From Desulfosudaceae bacterium (GTDB lineage: Bacteria; Desulfobacterota; Desulfobacteria; Desulfobacterales; Desulfosudaceae): DNA of 64,000 bases. Positions 29,956 through 39,943 of the stretch are shown here, piece by piece (within the stretch, counting starts at the first letter, position 1; the number at the start of each line of letters is the position of its first letter). Below the pieces are notes generated by a model. It was not told the origin of the DNA. It was given only the letters and a program-made list of their open reading frames with translations, and did no database searches. The stretch lies in assembly GCA_963674745.2 (NCBI GenBank), contig CAXXDV010000003.1, positions 2,464,001-2,528,000 of the forward strand, read 5' to 3'. Made by a program: the position numbers and the translations under genes.

Positions 29956-30343
29956 CGTCCGTTATCTGGTGGTGGGCGGATATGCCGTGGCTTTTCACGG
30001 TTACCCCCGGTACACCAAGGATCTGGATGTCTGGATCGACCGGACCCCGGAGAACGCTGCTTGCCTTATGAAGGCGCTGACCGCCTTCGGGTTCGGCTCG
30101 GTTGGTCTCACAGTTGATGACTTTCTCCGGGAAGACTATGTCATTCAACTCGGATACCCGCCCAACCGTATCGACATCCTGACCAGCATCAAGGGGCTCG
30201 TGTTCGTTGAATGTTATGGCGCCGGAGTCCAGGAGGAAATCGGCGCTGTTACAGTCAACTTCATCGATATCGACAACCTGAAAAAAAACAAACAAGCCAG
30301 TGGCCGGCCCCAGGATCTGGCGGACATCGAAAATCTGAAATAA
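29906..30343 (+). CDS. Nucleotidyltransferase (DUF6036-like)
   Basis: YLVVGGYAV..HG..R.TKDLD, NK.ASGRPQD..D; start set at ATG 29906. Confidence 0.8.
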   Translation: MLSRDFIEFIESLNSHSVRYLVVGGYAVAFHGYPRYTKDLDVWIDRTPENAACLMKALTAFGFGSVGLTVDDFLREDYVIQLGYPPNRIDILTSIKGLVFVECYGAGVQEEIGAVTVNFIDIDNLKKNKQASGRPQDLADIENLK

Positions 30344-31314
30344 TGAATGTAGATAGCCTTAACGGGTTGGTGGCTATTTTGCCGACACCATTTACCGATG
30401 ACGGTAAAATCGACGAAAACGGTTTAAAGCAACTGGTCAGAGCCGCCATTGAGAAGCAGCTTGATGGTGTTGTCGTTCTGGGAAGTAATGCAGAGTTTCC
30501 CTATCTCCGTTTTGAAGAAAAAATACAGGTCATGGAAATTGCCGCTTCGGCAGCAAACGGAAAAATCCCTGTTATTGGTACGGCATCGGCCTGGAGTACA
30601 GATCAGGCGATTGATCTTGCAAAAGAGGCAAAAGCAGCAGGCTGCGATGCGCTTATGGCGGCGTTACCCGTTTATTTCAACCTTGACTTGAAAAATGTTG
30701 TGCACCATTTTAAATCCCTCACCAAAGCAATGGACCTGCCCGTTTATTACTACCATTTTCCTGATGTAACCGGTTTGAAAATACGGCCAAAAGACCTTGC
30801 CCGGATTGCGGAAATCGATGGCATTGTCGGGACAAAACTGACCGTTATGAACCGCCCGTTTTTAAAGAAAACGATTGACGCCACACGGCCTTATGACTGG
30901 AAAGTGTTTACCGGGGCATCATTGCTTCTTTATGACTGTCTCGAATTTGGTGGTGCCGGTGTGTTTTGTCCGATACCGCTTGTCGGGACTGAGGATGTCA
31001 GGATGTTATGGGACGCTTTTTCCTCGGGTGATTATAAAAAAGCAAAACAGATTCAGAAGAAACTGCTCAAAACGATCCCCCTGTTCACCGGTTCTTCACT
31101 GCCACCTGCAATTCTATCTCTCGGCTTTCAGTTTATGGTTCGACTGCCTTTTTTATCGGGCAAAAGACCTTTTGCCACTCACGGGTTATTGAAAGAAGCT
31201 TTGAGATTGCAGGGATATCTGGCCAGCAACAAAGTGAGAAGACCCCATGTTGAAGTCAGTCAGGCAGAGCAAAAGCTTGTTGAAAAAACACTGGCGTCGT
31301 TTGGGTGGCTATAG
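30343..31314 (+). CDS. DapA/NanA/HOGA family class I aldolase
   Basis: LPTPF, LGSNAEF, YYYHFP, GIVGTK Schiff-base Lys; true start ATG 30343. Confidence 0.85.
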   Translation: MNVDSLNGLVAILPTPFTDDGKIDENGLKQLVRAAIEKQLDGVVVLGSNAEFPYLRFEEKIQVMEIAASAANGKIPVIGTASAWSTDQAIDLAKEAKAAGCDALMAALPVYFNLDLKNVVHHFKSLTKAMDLPVYYYHFPDVTGLKIRPKDLARIAEIDGIVGTKLTVMNRPFLKKTIDATRPYDWKVFTGASLLLYDCLEFGGAGVFCPIPLVGTEDVRMLWDAFSSGDYKKAKQIQKKLLKTIPLFTGSSLPPAILSLGFQFMVRLPFLSGKRPFATHGLLKEALRLQGYLASNKVRRPHVEVSQAEQKLVEKTLASFGWL

Positions 31315-31345
31315 GAAGGGGACCGGGTCGGGCCAGGCGAATACA

Positions 31346-32506
31346 TTATGGAATCGGCGATAATTTTTCAATATAATCAGAATTTAATTTATTAATGTCA
31401 TTACACCCGATCAATGCCATTACCCGTTCCATTTCTTCTTTCAAGATCGAAAGCGCCCTGTCTACCCCTTTTTCTCCCCCGGCGGCCAATCCATATAAAT
31501 AGGCCCTGCCAATCATGCAGGCATCGGCGCCCAGGGCGATCGCTTTAATAATATCAGACCCTCTGGTAATGCCGCCGTCAATCAGTATCTCGAGTTGATC
31601 CTTTACGGCCTCTTTTACCTTTGGTAAAAGTTCTAAAGCCGTGGGGGCGCCGTCCAGCTGCCGGCCGCCATGATTCGATAACACGATGCCGCTGGCACCG
31701 ATATCAACGGCCTTTTTTGCATCTTCTACCGATTGTATTCCTTTTAAAAGGAAGGGGCCGTCACCCCAGTAGTCTTTTATTTCTCTGGCATCTTTCCATG
31801 AAACAGACGGATCGTACTGGCCATTAATTGTATCAACTACTTTTTGCACATCACCGCCATGGGGTAAATACCCGGTCATATTTCCCATAACCAGTTTGGG
31901 AGATGTTAAAAACCGGAATAACCATTCTGGTCTTGCGAGAGAGGATAAAACCATGTTTATTTTTAAGCGGGGGGTTCCATGACCGTGATGAATATCACGT
32001 TCTCTTTTACCCAGAACCGGTGAATCTACCGCTAAATAAATACCCTTGTACCCGGATGTTTTGCAGCGGTCTAAAAACCTGTACACCCAGTCCCTGTTAT
32101 GCCAGATATATATCTGAAAAAACAAGTCCCCGGTTGATACGGCTGCCGTATCTTCTATAGAAGTAGTAGAAACGGTTGACAGGGTATAGGGAATCTGGGC
32201 TTTACTGGCAGCTTTGACAACCGCTTGTTCGCCTTTATAGTGGAAGAGACGGGAAAATCCGGTAGGCGCCAGGATTACAGGCAGCGCGCTATCCCTGCCA
32301 TTTATCCTGGTTTGCAGGTTAATTGTCGTAACATCTTTCAATACGCTTGGCCGAAAACCATATGTTCTGAAAACCGAACTGTTCCGCTGCATTGTAATTT
32401 CATCTTCAGCCCCGCCGTCAATGTAGTCGAAAGTGATACGTGGAATACTTTTTTTGGCAAGAGTCCGTAAATCATTTATGGAAACACAACGATCAACATT
32501 TTTCAC
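31346..32506 (-). CDS. FMN-dependent alpha-hydroxy acid dehydrogenase/oxidase (LldD family)
   Basis: FDYIDGGAEDE, LAPTG, FQIY, SNHGGRQLD, DGGI.RG.D. Confidence 0.92.
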   Translation of the reverse strand: MKNVDRCVSINDLRTLAKKSIPRITFDYIDGGAEDEITMQRNSSVFRTYGFRPSVLKDVTTINLQTRINGRDSALPVILAPTGFSRLFHYKGEQAVVKAASKAQIPYTLSTVSTTSIEDTAAVSTGDLFFQIYIWHNRDWVYRFLDRCKTSGYKGIYLAVDSPVLGKRERDIHHGHGTPRLKINMVLSSLARPEWLFRFLTSPKLVMGNMTGYLPHGGDVQKVVDTINGQYDPSVSWKDAREIKDYWGDGPFLLKGIQSVEDAKKAVDIGASGIVLSNHGGRQLDGAPTALELLPKVKEAVKDQLEILIDGGITRGSDIIKAIALGADACMIGRAYLYGLAAGGEKGVDRALSILKEEMERVMALIGCNDINKLNSDYIEKLSPIP

Positions 32507-32523
32507 AGCCTGACTCCAGTTTT

Positions 32524-32730
32524 TTATTTATCTTTAATATCCTTTAATACTGAAAAAATGCCGCTGAAATAAGTCACTCCGACAAAAAACCACATAACAC
32601 ACAATCCGACAATACTTTTTAGTTCTTCTTTTGGAAATGGTTCCCAGACATGTGTTTCCCACATAAAGTATGTGATAATCGGGGTCGGAATGATGAATAA
32701 TAGAAACGGAATCAGGTACTTGAATTTCAT
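32524..32730 (-). CDS. Small membrane protein (2 TM)
   Basis: Two hydrophobic segments, AAGGA RBS, in operon. Confidence 0.55.
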   Translation of the reverse strand: MKFKYLIPFLLFIIPTPIITYFMWETHVWEPFPKEELKSIVGLCVMWFFVGVTYFSGIFSVLKDIKDK

Positions 32731-32885
32731 GCTAAAATCCTTTTTATTGGTTGTTTTCGTTGTCTTAGAATTTACGCGAGCGTGTCTTTGGCTGAAGAGG
32801 AGATCGTTTCATCAATCGTCAATGTCCCGGATTCATCTATTCTTCTCCGTGTCATCCATTGTGAGAATTACCGGGGGAATAATCT

Positions 32886-33500
32886 CTAACCTACATCAAT
32901 ACTTCTAAAGCCGCTTAACTTCTCCAGTCTTCCAAGAAAATGATAGGCAAACCCGAATGGTTTGAATCGAACACCCAGCATGCTGAAACTGATCAGCTCG
33001 ATAATTGTTTGGGTTTCAGAGAGTGTATCCATATAGGCAAAATCAACAGCAATAGGCCATGTTTGTATTTTCCCTCTTACCCAAGTGGGATACCCTGCTG
33101 CGTTCAAACTTTCCATTTCTTTATCAACATCTTTAACTAAGAGCCCCAGGTGCTGAGCCACTGTCCTGCCTTCAGGATCAAGGCTTTGCTTGTAAAAGTC
33201 TGAGCCTTCACCCGGCTCAAGAAGTTCGAGGTCAACCCCCTGATATTTGGCCAGACCGACCTTCCCGCGAAAGCTTCTCGGTGTACCGTGCTCATCCCAT
33301 CGCGCGAGGCTACCGGCTGAAATGAAAAACGGCCCGATTCCCATCATTTCAAGCCGTTTAGCAGCTTCTTCCACGTCTGGCACTACCAGGCCGAGTTGAT
33401 GTATTTGAGGCAGGCTGTGTTTCTCTCGAAATTCGGCTGCAAGGTTATTGACAGATTTTTTAAAGTTCTCTGCCGCAAGCAGGTCGTCTAAAAGCAACAT
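32886..33500 (-). CDS. VOC/glyoxalase-like (methylmalonyl-CoA epimerase-like) protein
   Basis: HQLGLVVPD, LELLEP, QHLGLLV, IIELI. Confidence 0.78.
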   Translation of the reverse strand: MLLLDDLLAAENFKKSVNNLAAEFREKHSLPQIHQLGLVVPDVEEAAKRLEMMGIGPFFISAGSLARWDEHGTPRSFRGKVGLAKYQGVDLELLEPGEGSDFYKQSLDPEGRTVAQHLGLLVKDVDKEMESLNAAGYPTWVRGKIQTWPIAVDFAYMDTLSETQTIIELISFSMLGVRFKPFGFAYHFLGRLEKLSGFRSIDVG

Positions 33501-33611
33501 TGGTTCCCCTAATTTTTTTTAGTCATTTATGGCGATATGCCCGGAAGCCCCCTGTTTCAGGCGAGAACAATTCATTCAGCAGGGTGTCGGTTGTCTCTTC
33601 TTCAGGGCCTA

Positions 33612-34646
33612 TTAATTTAGGTTCTCCAGAGTCCGGGCGATTATAATATTCACGACCCTGTCGTTTATTTCCCCTTCACTTATTACTAATTCATAGAGTT
33701 CCAGATCATCTATAAGCGCACTGATGAACTTTTCATCTGAAACCGCTTTTGCCAGTATCGTTTTGTCTTTACGGTCTGCAATATGGGTTTCAACAAGTTT
33801 GGCAAACATGGGAGTTTTAACGTATTTTTTTGTAATAGCCCTTGCTGTTTTCTTCGTGCCTTCTTTTGAAGGACCGGATTCAATTGCGATCATCATTAAC
33901 TCGTTATCTGAAGTAAGAAAATCAAGGATCGCTTCATCCTTATATGTCTGCTTTGCACGATTTCGTATGCTCGTTCGGGCCACGTCAATATTATCAGGAT
34001 GTAATGGGTCAGCATTATAATATTTATCGTTTTTAACAAATTCTTCCAGGTTTTCTAATATCTTGCGGGGGATCTTTGCCAGCTCACCATTCACCATAAA
34101 TGCTTTCAGGTTGCCCCCTGTTTCCAAATGGATGGAAAATATAACCTCGGTTTTATCATGGGCTTTATAAGACATGTTAATCTGTTGATACATTTTGGGA
34201 AGGCGCACATATTCCTCTTTATCCGGTATTTCAGGATCAGTAATGAGTTGTGATGTTGTCGTTATGTCACCGGTTTCAAGGGCAACAGAAGTCTTCGCAC
34301 TGATAATGGCATCCCGGTCATCTGCCGGCCAGGGGAAGTCCATGACCATGTACAGATCCATGTCATTCGAGTTGTATTGCCTGAGAACTTTTGAGCTTAT
34401 TACGCCATCCATCCATTCCTTCATTACCGGTGTGTCCCTAAGGACTGCACCGATCGCTGCCATGCTGGCATTGATAACTGCAGTGGCCTTGAATGCCTTG
34501 TATCTCGAGCCTTCAACATCTCGTGAGTAGGTTATGATACCATCATTATCTTTTTCAATTTCCCAATCAACAGCACCTGTTGCCGGCTGCAAAAGAAGCG
34601 CTAAGGTAAAACAAATGATACCTGTGTATACGCTTAAATTTTTCAT
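33612..34646 (-). CDS. Secreted START-domain lipid-binding protein
   Basis: Signal peptide; W.IEKDNDGI..YSR, KAFKA, W, FPWPADDRD START motifs; helical C-terminal extension. Confidence 0.75.
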   Translation of the reverse strand: MKNLSVYTGIICFTLALLLQPATGAVDWEIEKDNDGIITYSRDVEGSRYKAFKATAVINASMAAIGAVLRDTPVMKEWMDGVISSKVLRQYNSNDMDLYMVMDFPWPADDRDAIISAKTSVALETGDITTTSQLITDPEIPDKEEYVRLPKMYQQINMSYKAHDKTEVIFSIHLETGGNLKAFMVNGELAKIPRKILENLEEFVKNDKYYNADPLHPDNIDVARTSIRNRAKQTYKDEAILDFLTSDNELMMIAIESGPSKEGTKKTARAITKKYVKTPMFAKLVETHIADRKDKTILAKAVSDEKFISALIDDLELYELVISEGEINDRVVNIIIARTLENLN

Positions 34647-34704
34647 AATAGTTCCTTATACTTTTGTGTGGTGGTGCTGATCCTGAAGCAATGGCAGGGG
34701 GTTT

Positions 34705-35547
34705 CTATTTCATAGCTTTTTCGGGTAATCGGATTTTATTCATTACTAACCCTGTTATGATATAATTAAGCACCGGGCTCAGCCTTGACATGATATCCAT
34801 GAATTTCGCGTCCATCCCTACCATAAGTCTTTTTTTATTTTTAATTATCGCTCTTACGATCTTCTCCGCGCATTCTTCAGGTGTTGTTCTGAAAATAATA
34901 TCGGAAGACTTCACAAGATATTCTTTATTCATATTTTCATTAACACCCTTCACAAAACGCATATTTCTGGCAATATTGGTTTTAATCCCCCCGGGGTGAA
35001 CCGACGTGACATGAATGTTACTTGTCCTTAGTTCCTGGACCAGGGTCTCATTAAACCCCCTTACCGCGTATTTAGCACTGTTGTAGGGGCCGTTATGCGG
35101 GAAAGGCACCACGCCGTTAATACTCGAGATATTGACAATATTTGCTTCAGGGCGTTTCCTTAAATGCGGCAGAAACGCCTTGGTGCCATACACCACCCCC
35201 CAAAAAACAATGTTAAAACACCATTCAAAATTTTCATAAGAAATGTCTTCCAGGCTGTCGTGGACAGCTACGCCGGCATTATTGATGATAATATCAACCT
35301 GGCCGTGTTCATGCACAACATAATCAGCCCACTCAACCACCTGTTCTCTGTCTGATACATCGAGGGTAAACGTGCTGACCTTAATACCGCTTACTTTAAT
35401 CATATCAGCCGTCTTTTTCAGTTCATCTTCATTAATATCTGAAATAGCCAGATGGCACCCCCTGGCCGCAAGGTTTAACGCAAGGCACCGGCCGATTCCG
35501 GATCCGGCGCCTGTAATTGCCGCTACTTTATTCTTCAAGTTTTTCAT
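34705..35547 (-). CDS. SDR oxidoreductase
   Basis: TGAGSGIG, NNAG, YNSAK, HPGGI; ATG 35547 with AGGAG RBS. Confidence 0.9.
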   Translation of the reverse strand: MKNLKNKVAAITGAGSGIGRCLALNLAARGCHLAISDINEDELKKTADMIKVSGIKVSTFTLDVSDREQVVEWADYVVHEHGQVDIIINNAGVAVHDSLEDISYENFEWCFNIVFWGVVYGTKAFLPHLRKRPEANIVNISSINGVVPFPHNGPYNSAKYAVRGFNETLVQELRTSNIHVTSVHPGGIKTNIARNMRFVKGVNENMNKEYLVKSSDIIFRTTPEECAEKIVRAIIKNKKRLMVGMDAKFMDIMSRLSPVLNYIITGLVMNKIRLPEKAMK

Positions 35548-35569
35548 AATGCTATGGTTCTCCTTTTTT

Positions 35570-36610
35570 TTAAAGCAGCTTGTCACAGAGAAACGACACC
35601 TGGTCCTTGACGATGGTTTCGAAAAACTCGCCCACGTAGATGTCGAAATGGCCGGCGTCGTAAACGCGGACGTCCACGTTGGGCAGGCCTTTCGCAAAGT
35701 CGATGGTGGGACCGGCAGGGGCCACCGAGTCTTTGGAACTCACACAGATGAGGGCGGGACATTTGAGATGGCGCATGTATTTGCCCGGCACGTCGAGACC
35801 GATGCGCAGGGCGAATCTGCCCGCCACGCCATTGGCCGAATGCGTTCCTGTGGGCAGCCGCATGCTCCCCACGAACCGGGTCGTTTTCTCCTGTTCTTCA
35901 AAATCACCAAGTGAAACGTGGGCCGGCAGCTCGATGCGCTTGCTCGCGAAAAGTTTATAAAGTCTTGAGAGCTGCGCTGAAAATGTCGTGCCCGGCGGCA
36001 GCAGCGTGAGAATGCCTTTGACTACATCCGGCGCGGTCATTAATGCCGGTGTACCCGGAGTGCCCACGAGGGGTACGAGCAGCGGCTTGAACCCCACCCA
36101 GGCCATTAGCTGGTCGATGATGGCTATTGTACCGCTTCCCAGCATGCTCATAATTCCCAGTGCGCGCACCGAAGCGGGACCGCTCGTAAAAGGGCATTGG
36201 GAAATCACCGCGGCCACACCTCCGTCCTCGGCCCCCACCTTGATTACATGTCCTCCCGAAAAGGACGTGCCAAACAGGGCGATGCGCTCCGTGTCGATGA
36301 AAGACAGGGAGCGAGCGTATCTCAGCGCCGCGTGCCAGTCCTGCCGTTGCCGTTTGATGTCGAGCAGGTACCGGGGATTTCCCTCGCTGGAGCCGAAATG
36401 CCGATAGTCAAAAACAAGGGCCGCAAAACCCGCCTGGCTGAAACGCTCTGCATAGGCGTCCAACCGCATCTCGCGGATAGAGCCCAGGCCATGGGCCAAA
36501 ATAACCAGCGGCGCCCGCTCTATCCCCTCCGGGCGATAAAGCCAGGCGCTGCACCTAATTCCCAGGGATTCAAACGAAACATCTGTCCTGTTAAAGATAT
36601 GAGAAGACAT
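35570..36610 (-). CDS. Alpha/beta hydrolase
   Basis: AHG, FDYRHFG.S.G.PR, GTSFSGG nucleophile elbow, D and GHF. Confidence 0.85.
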   Translation of the reverse strand: MSSHIFNRTDVSFESLGIRCSAWLYRPEGIERAPLVILAHGLGSIREMRLDAYAERFSQAGFAALVFDYRHFGSSEGNPRYLLDIKRQRQDWHAALRYARSLSFIDTERIALFGTSFSGGHVIKVGAEDGGVAAVISQCPFTSGPASVRALGIMSMLGSGTIAIIDQLMAWVGFKPLLVPLVGTPGTPALMTAPDVVKGILTLLPPGTTFSAQLSRLYKLFASKRIELPAHVSLGDFEEQEKTTRFVGSMRLPTGTHSANGVAGRFALRIGLDVPGKYMRHLKCPALICVSSKDSVAPAGPTIDFAKGLPNVDVRVYDAGHFDIYVGEFFETIVKDQVSFLCDKLL

Positions 36611-36626
36611 GCGATCCCTCTTAAAA

Positions 36627-37451
36627 TTATTCCATCAATTTTTTAAATGCAGCGCCTGTCCACATAACCATTCTAATGGGAAAAATCCGGGAAGCCAGGT
36701 CCATCAGTCGGGCGTCTACGCCCACCATTATTCGTTTTTTATTTTTTTTTATGCCGGCAATAATGATCCTGGCGGCTTTTTCCGGTGAGGTTTTAGCGAT
36801 CCGTGAAAAATTCTCGGCAGCCCCGGCCTGATCCTGGCTGCCGGTTGCTGAGTGGTAGAAACGGGAGTTTGACACGATATTGGTGTTGATACCCCCGGGG
36901 TGAACGCTGCTGACATAAACGCCGGTACCGGCCAGTTCCTGCATCAGGGTTTCGCTGAAGGCCCGCACCGCATATTTAGACATGTTGTAAGGGCCGTTGT
37001 GGGAAAAGGGGATCATGCCGTTGATGCTGGAAATATTGACGATATGACCTTTTCCGCGTTTTTTCAGCAGGGGCAGAAAGGCCCGGGTGCCATACACAAC
37101 GCCCCACATGTTGATGTTGATGAGCCATTCAAAATCTTCGTAAGAGACGTTTTCAAGGGATTCAGTAACAGCGACCCCGGCGTTGTTGATAATCACGTCC
37201 ACTCCGCCGTGATGTGCCGCCGCGTCATCGGCATACCGGTACACCTGTTCCCGGTTTCCCGTGTCCACCAGGTGCGTGCTGATGGATGCGCTCAGCCCGC
37301 CGGCCATCCGGGCGGTTTCCTCGAGCCCTTTTTCGTTGATGTCCGACAACGCCAGCCGGCAGCCTTCCTGCGCCAGCCGCATGGCCAGCGCCCGGCCGAT
37401 CCCCGAACCCGCACCGGTAATGGCAACCACCTTGCTTTCCAGTGATTCCAT
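36627..37451 (-). CDS. SDR oxidoreductase (paralog of 34705-35547)
   Basis: TGAGSGIG, SSINGMIPFSHNGPYNMSK. Confidence 0.9.
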   Translation of the reverse strand: MESLESKVVAITGAGSGIGRALAMRLAQEGCRLALSDINEKGLEETARMAGGLSASISTHLVDTGNREQVYRYADDAAAHHGGVDVIINNAGVAVTESLENVSYEDFEWLININMWGVVYGTRAFLPLLKKRGKGHIVNISSINGMIPFSHNGPYNMSKYAVRAFSETLMQELAGTGVYVSSVHPGGINTNIVSNSRFYHSATGSQDQAGAAENFSRIAKTSPEKAARIIIAGIKKNKKRIMVGVDARLMDLASRIFPIRMVMWTGAAFKKLME

Positions 37452-37489
37452 CGTTTATCCTTCTCATTTATTATGTCTAGAGATTTATT

Positions 37490-38332
37490 TTAATTCTGCT
37501 CATGAGTCGATGTTAAATACATCTTAATATTTTCCGCCTTGGAATAAGTTCCATATAAAGGGATTCCTTGTGGTATAAGGTTTTTGCCTGGCTCAGCATC
37601 CCCAATCATAATTCGGATACTTCCTCTTATATTTGTCGTAGAAGGTTGCTTTTGATCTTTAGGATCAGTTCCAGGCCTTCCAGATACAGATCTCACAGTG
37701 ATAACCCTTGGCCCTATTGATGGCGGTTTAAGGAGGAAGAGGGGACCGTCCATTGGCCATTCTTGGGTTATCCATACAGGTGCTGGTATTTGTTCAGGTG
37801 TAAATTCAAGGCGGATTCTTGTTTGGCCCTTATCGACAACTTCTCCTGTCCAGGAATTTCCTGATTGCTTCAGCGTTACGCTATCAGCAAGATATTTGGG
37901 ATGCCCCATGGTACGTCCGGCCCAAACTGGTACCCACTTGCTTTCCGGCATCGTAAGACAATACCAGCCCGCTTCACCTTTATAGGAACATCGGATCTTA
38001 ATATATGCGAGTTGGTAAGGGGTGAGCGGCCATGGCCCGACCTCAATATTATCCAAAACACCTACCATTACCATGGGATGATCGGGCATATTAAATTGCT
38101 CAGGCAGAAGTTTTCTGTAAAGGGTTAAGTCTTTCGGTTCAACCAGAGCAGTTATATTTTGTTGTGCTCTAAAATTATTTTGCGTTGAAGCGGCCATATG
38201 CATAGCTTTTTCTGCAAGATCGCCTTCAATTATCGAATACTGCCCGTTGGCGGTACGATTGTAAAAGAAAATCGATAAACCTAACAATATAATCAAAGAA
38301 AGACATCCCATTACTAATAGCTTTTTTTTCAT
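37490..38332 (-). CDS. Acetoacetate decarboxylase-like superfamily protein with N-terminal anchor
   Basis: LRKLLP-like segment, Y...M, AGRTMGHPK Schiff-base Lys motif; N-terminal TM/signal. Confidence 0.65.
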   Translation of the reverse strand: MKKKLLVMGCLSLIILLGLSIFFYNRTANGQYSIIEGDLAEKAMHMAASTQNNFRAQQNITALVEPKDLTLYRKLLPEQFNMPDHPMVMVGVLDNIEVGPWPLTPYQLAYIKIRCSYKGEAGWYCLTMPESKWVPVWAGRTMGHPKYLADSVTLKQSGNSWTGEVVDKGQTRIRLEFTPEQIPAPVWITQEWPMDGPLFLLKPPSIGPRVITVRSVSGRPGTDPKDQKQPSTTNIRGSIRIMIGDAEPGKNLIPQGIPLYGTYSKAENIKMYLTSTHEQN

Positions 38333-38389
38333 TTTACTTGTCTCCTTTTTTATTAAATATAAAGAACGCCTGATTGAATCAATAACTAA

Positions 38390-38446
38390 ACCATATGTGA
38401 CCGCTAAGTATTGACCATATGTGAATATAATTTGACATTTTGTGAA
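38390..38446 (-). promoter_or_regulatory. Conserved island promoter/operator, copy 2
   Basis: Minus strand TTCACAAAATGTCAAATTATA-TTCACATATGGTCAATAC...TATGGT, facing the 38332 gene run. Confidence 0.8.
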
Positions 38447-38560
38447 AATATGAATTTAAAAAATACTGTGCGATACAGAAAAAGCATAAAGTACAAATGT
38501 TTATCGTGGGATTGATGCTGCGGAATACGGGAAGCGAGACGGGAGACGTTTGCAGGAACC

Positions 38561-39610
38561 CTAAAAGGAATGATTCTGCCGGTACTCACCGGGGGTAAAA
38601 CCCGTCCATTTTTTAAATGCCCGGTTAAACGCACTTTGCTCGGAGTAGCCGAGCAGGAATGTAATATCGATAATAGGTATGGGGGATTGTTCGAGCAGCT
38701 GTATGGCGTGCTCTCTTTTTACCTTATCCAGTATGTCCTGATATGTTACGCCTTCTTTGTTTAACTTGATCTGAAGGCTTCTTTTGCTCATGGCAAACTG
38801 ACCGGAAATGGTTTCTATGTCTGTCTTCCCGGAAAGCAAATTCTGAATGATGGCGGTTTCAACCTCTCCGGAAAACAGGTCTTCACGATATATCTTTTTT
38901 TGAAGTTTTTCAGCATATGACTTAAGCGTGTCGAGGATTTCAGCATTGGCGACCAGGACAGGAAGATCCAGATACTTTTTATTAAAGGTCATCTTATTTT
39001 CCGGCTGATTGAACAGCACGGGTATTTTAAAAATACGGTCATGCTCTTTCGTGTCTGTTGGAGACGCATGAATAAACTGAACGCTGTCAAGACTGATCTC
39101 TTCCCCGGTCAGGCGGGTTAACAGATTAATATAATATGCAAAATGGCCTTCAATAAATTGTCGAAGTTCATTCATATCGGTAATTTGATATTGCAATTCA
39201 AGAGACAGGGATGCAGTACTTCCTTTCTCGGAGAACACAGGTATGCATAAATCATGCATCAGGGGGTAATACTTGCAGAAATTGGTCAATGCTTCTCCAA
39301 GGGTTGGAGAGTTAAACGTGATCACATGCATGGCGTCCATAACATAATCGAATACTTCTCCTAGGTGCAGCCCTAAATCGGGGTCATGAATGAGATTCAG
39401 GAGTTCAGTTGCCAAATAGTGACACTTATGGGCGGGTAACCGCTCATTAGGGGCCTTAAGTATATCTGGATCAAAACCCATTCTTTTAAAAAATATCAAG
39501 GGATCAATACCAAACCTGTCTCCCTCCTTGATAAGTATATTAATAAAATCAACCGAAACACTCGGTTCTTTTATGGATCGGGTTCGGCTTTCAGTCAACT
39601 CATTCGACAT
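38561..39610 (-). CDS. AraC family regulator (OruR/Arabinose_bd_2 type)
   Basis: GLHLGE, SPTLGEAL, C-terminal LLGYSEQSAFNRAFKKWTGFTPGEYR; start set at ATG 39610. Confidence 0.92.
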   Translation of the reverse strand: MSNELTESRTRSIKEPSVSVDFINILIKEGDRFGIDPLIFFKRMGFDPDILKAPNERLPAHKCHYLATELLNLIHDPDLGLHLGEVFDYVMDAMHVITFNSPTLGEALTNFCKYYPLMHDLCIPVFSEKGSTASLSLELQYQITDMNELRQFIEGHFAYYINLLTRLTGEEISLDSVQFIHASPTDTKEHDRIFKIPVLFNQPENKMTFNKKYLDLPVLVANAEILDTLKSYAEKLQKKIYREDLFSGEVETAIIQNLLSGKTDIETISGQFAMSKRSLQIKLNKEGVTYQDILDKVKREHAIQLLEQSPIPIIDITFLLGYSEQSAFNRAFKKWTGFTPGEYRQNHSF

Positions 39611-39706
39611 ATTCGATCTCTTCTTGATGGCATGTTGGTCTGTTTTTCTAAAAATACGCCGCACTTATTATTTTCAGGATATCAATCTATATTTTAAATT
39701 CATTTT

Positions 39707-39763
39707 TTCACAAAATGTCAAATCTTATTCACATTTGGTCAATACACAGGGTTCAAATATGCT
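39707..39763 (+). promoter_or_regulatory. Conserved island promoter/operator, copy 3
   Basis: TTCACAAAATGTCAAATCTTA-TTCACATTTGGTCAATAC...TATGCT. Confidence 0.8.
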
Positions 39764-39943
39764 TTAGATTACTGATTCAACCTGACCTTTTTTAAAAGTA
39801 TTAAACAATTCATAAGCTTCAAACCAGGGCAAAAACAGGAAAACGGGAAAAAAATGAAGCCCATATCAACAGAAAAAACGCCTTTAACACAGAGCCGTTC
39901 GTAACGGCTGCTTGACGCTATAAAAGGATGGCGTCAGGCCCGG

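Noticed and set aside
30211..30342. N-terminal extension of the aldolase in the ORF track
   Set aside because: Overlaps the NTase gene; the duplicated 5' copy at 29481 shows the start is ATG 30343.
30343..31314. Calling this gene dapA
   Set aside because: Has GSNAE rather than GTTGE and a catabolic context; only the family is supported.
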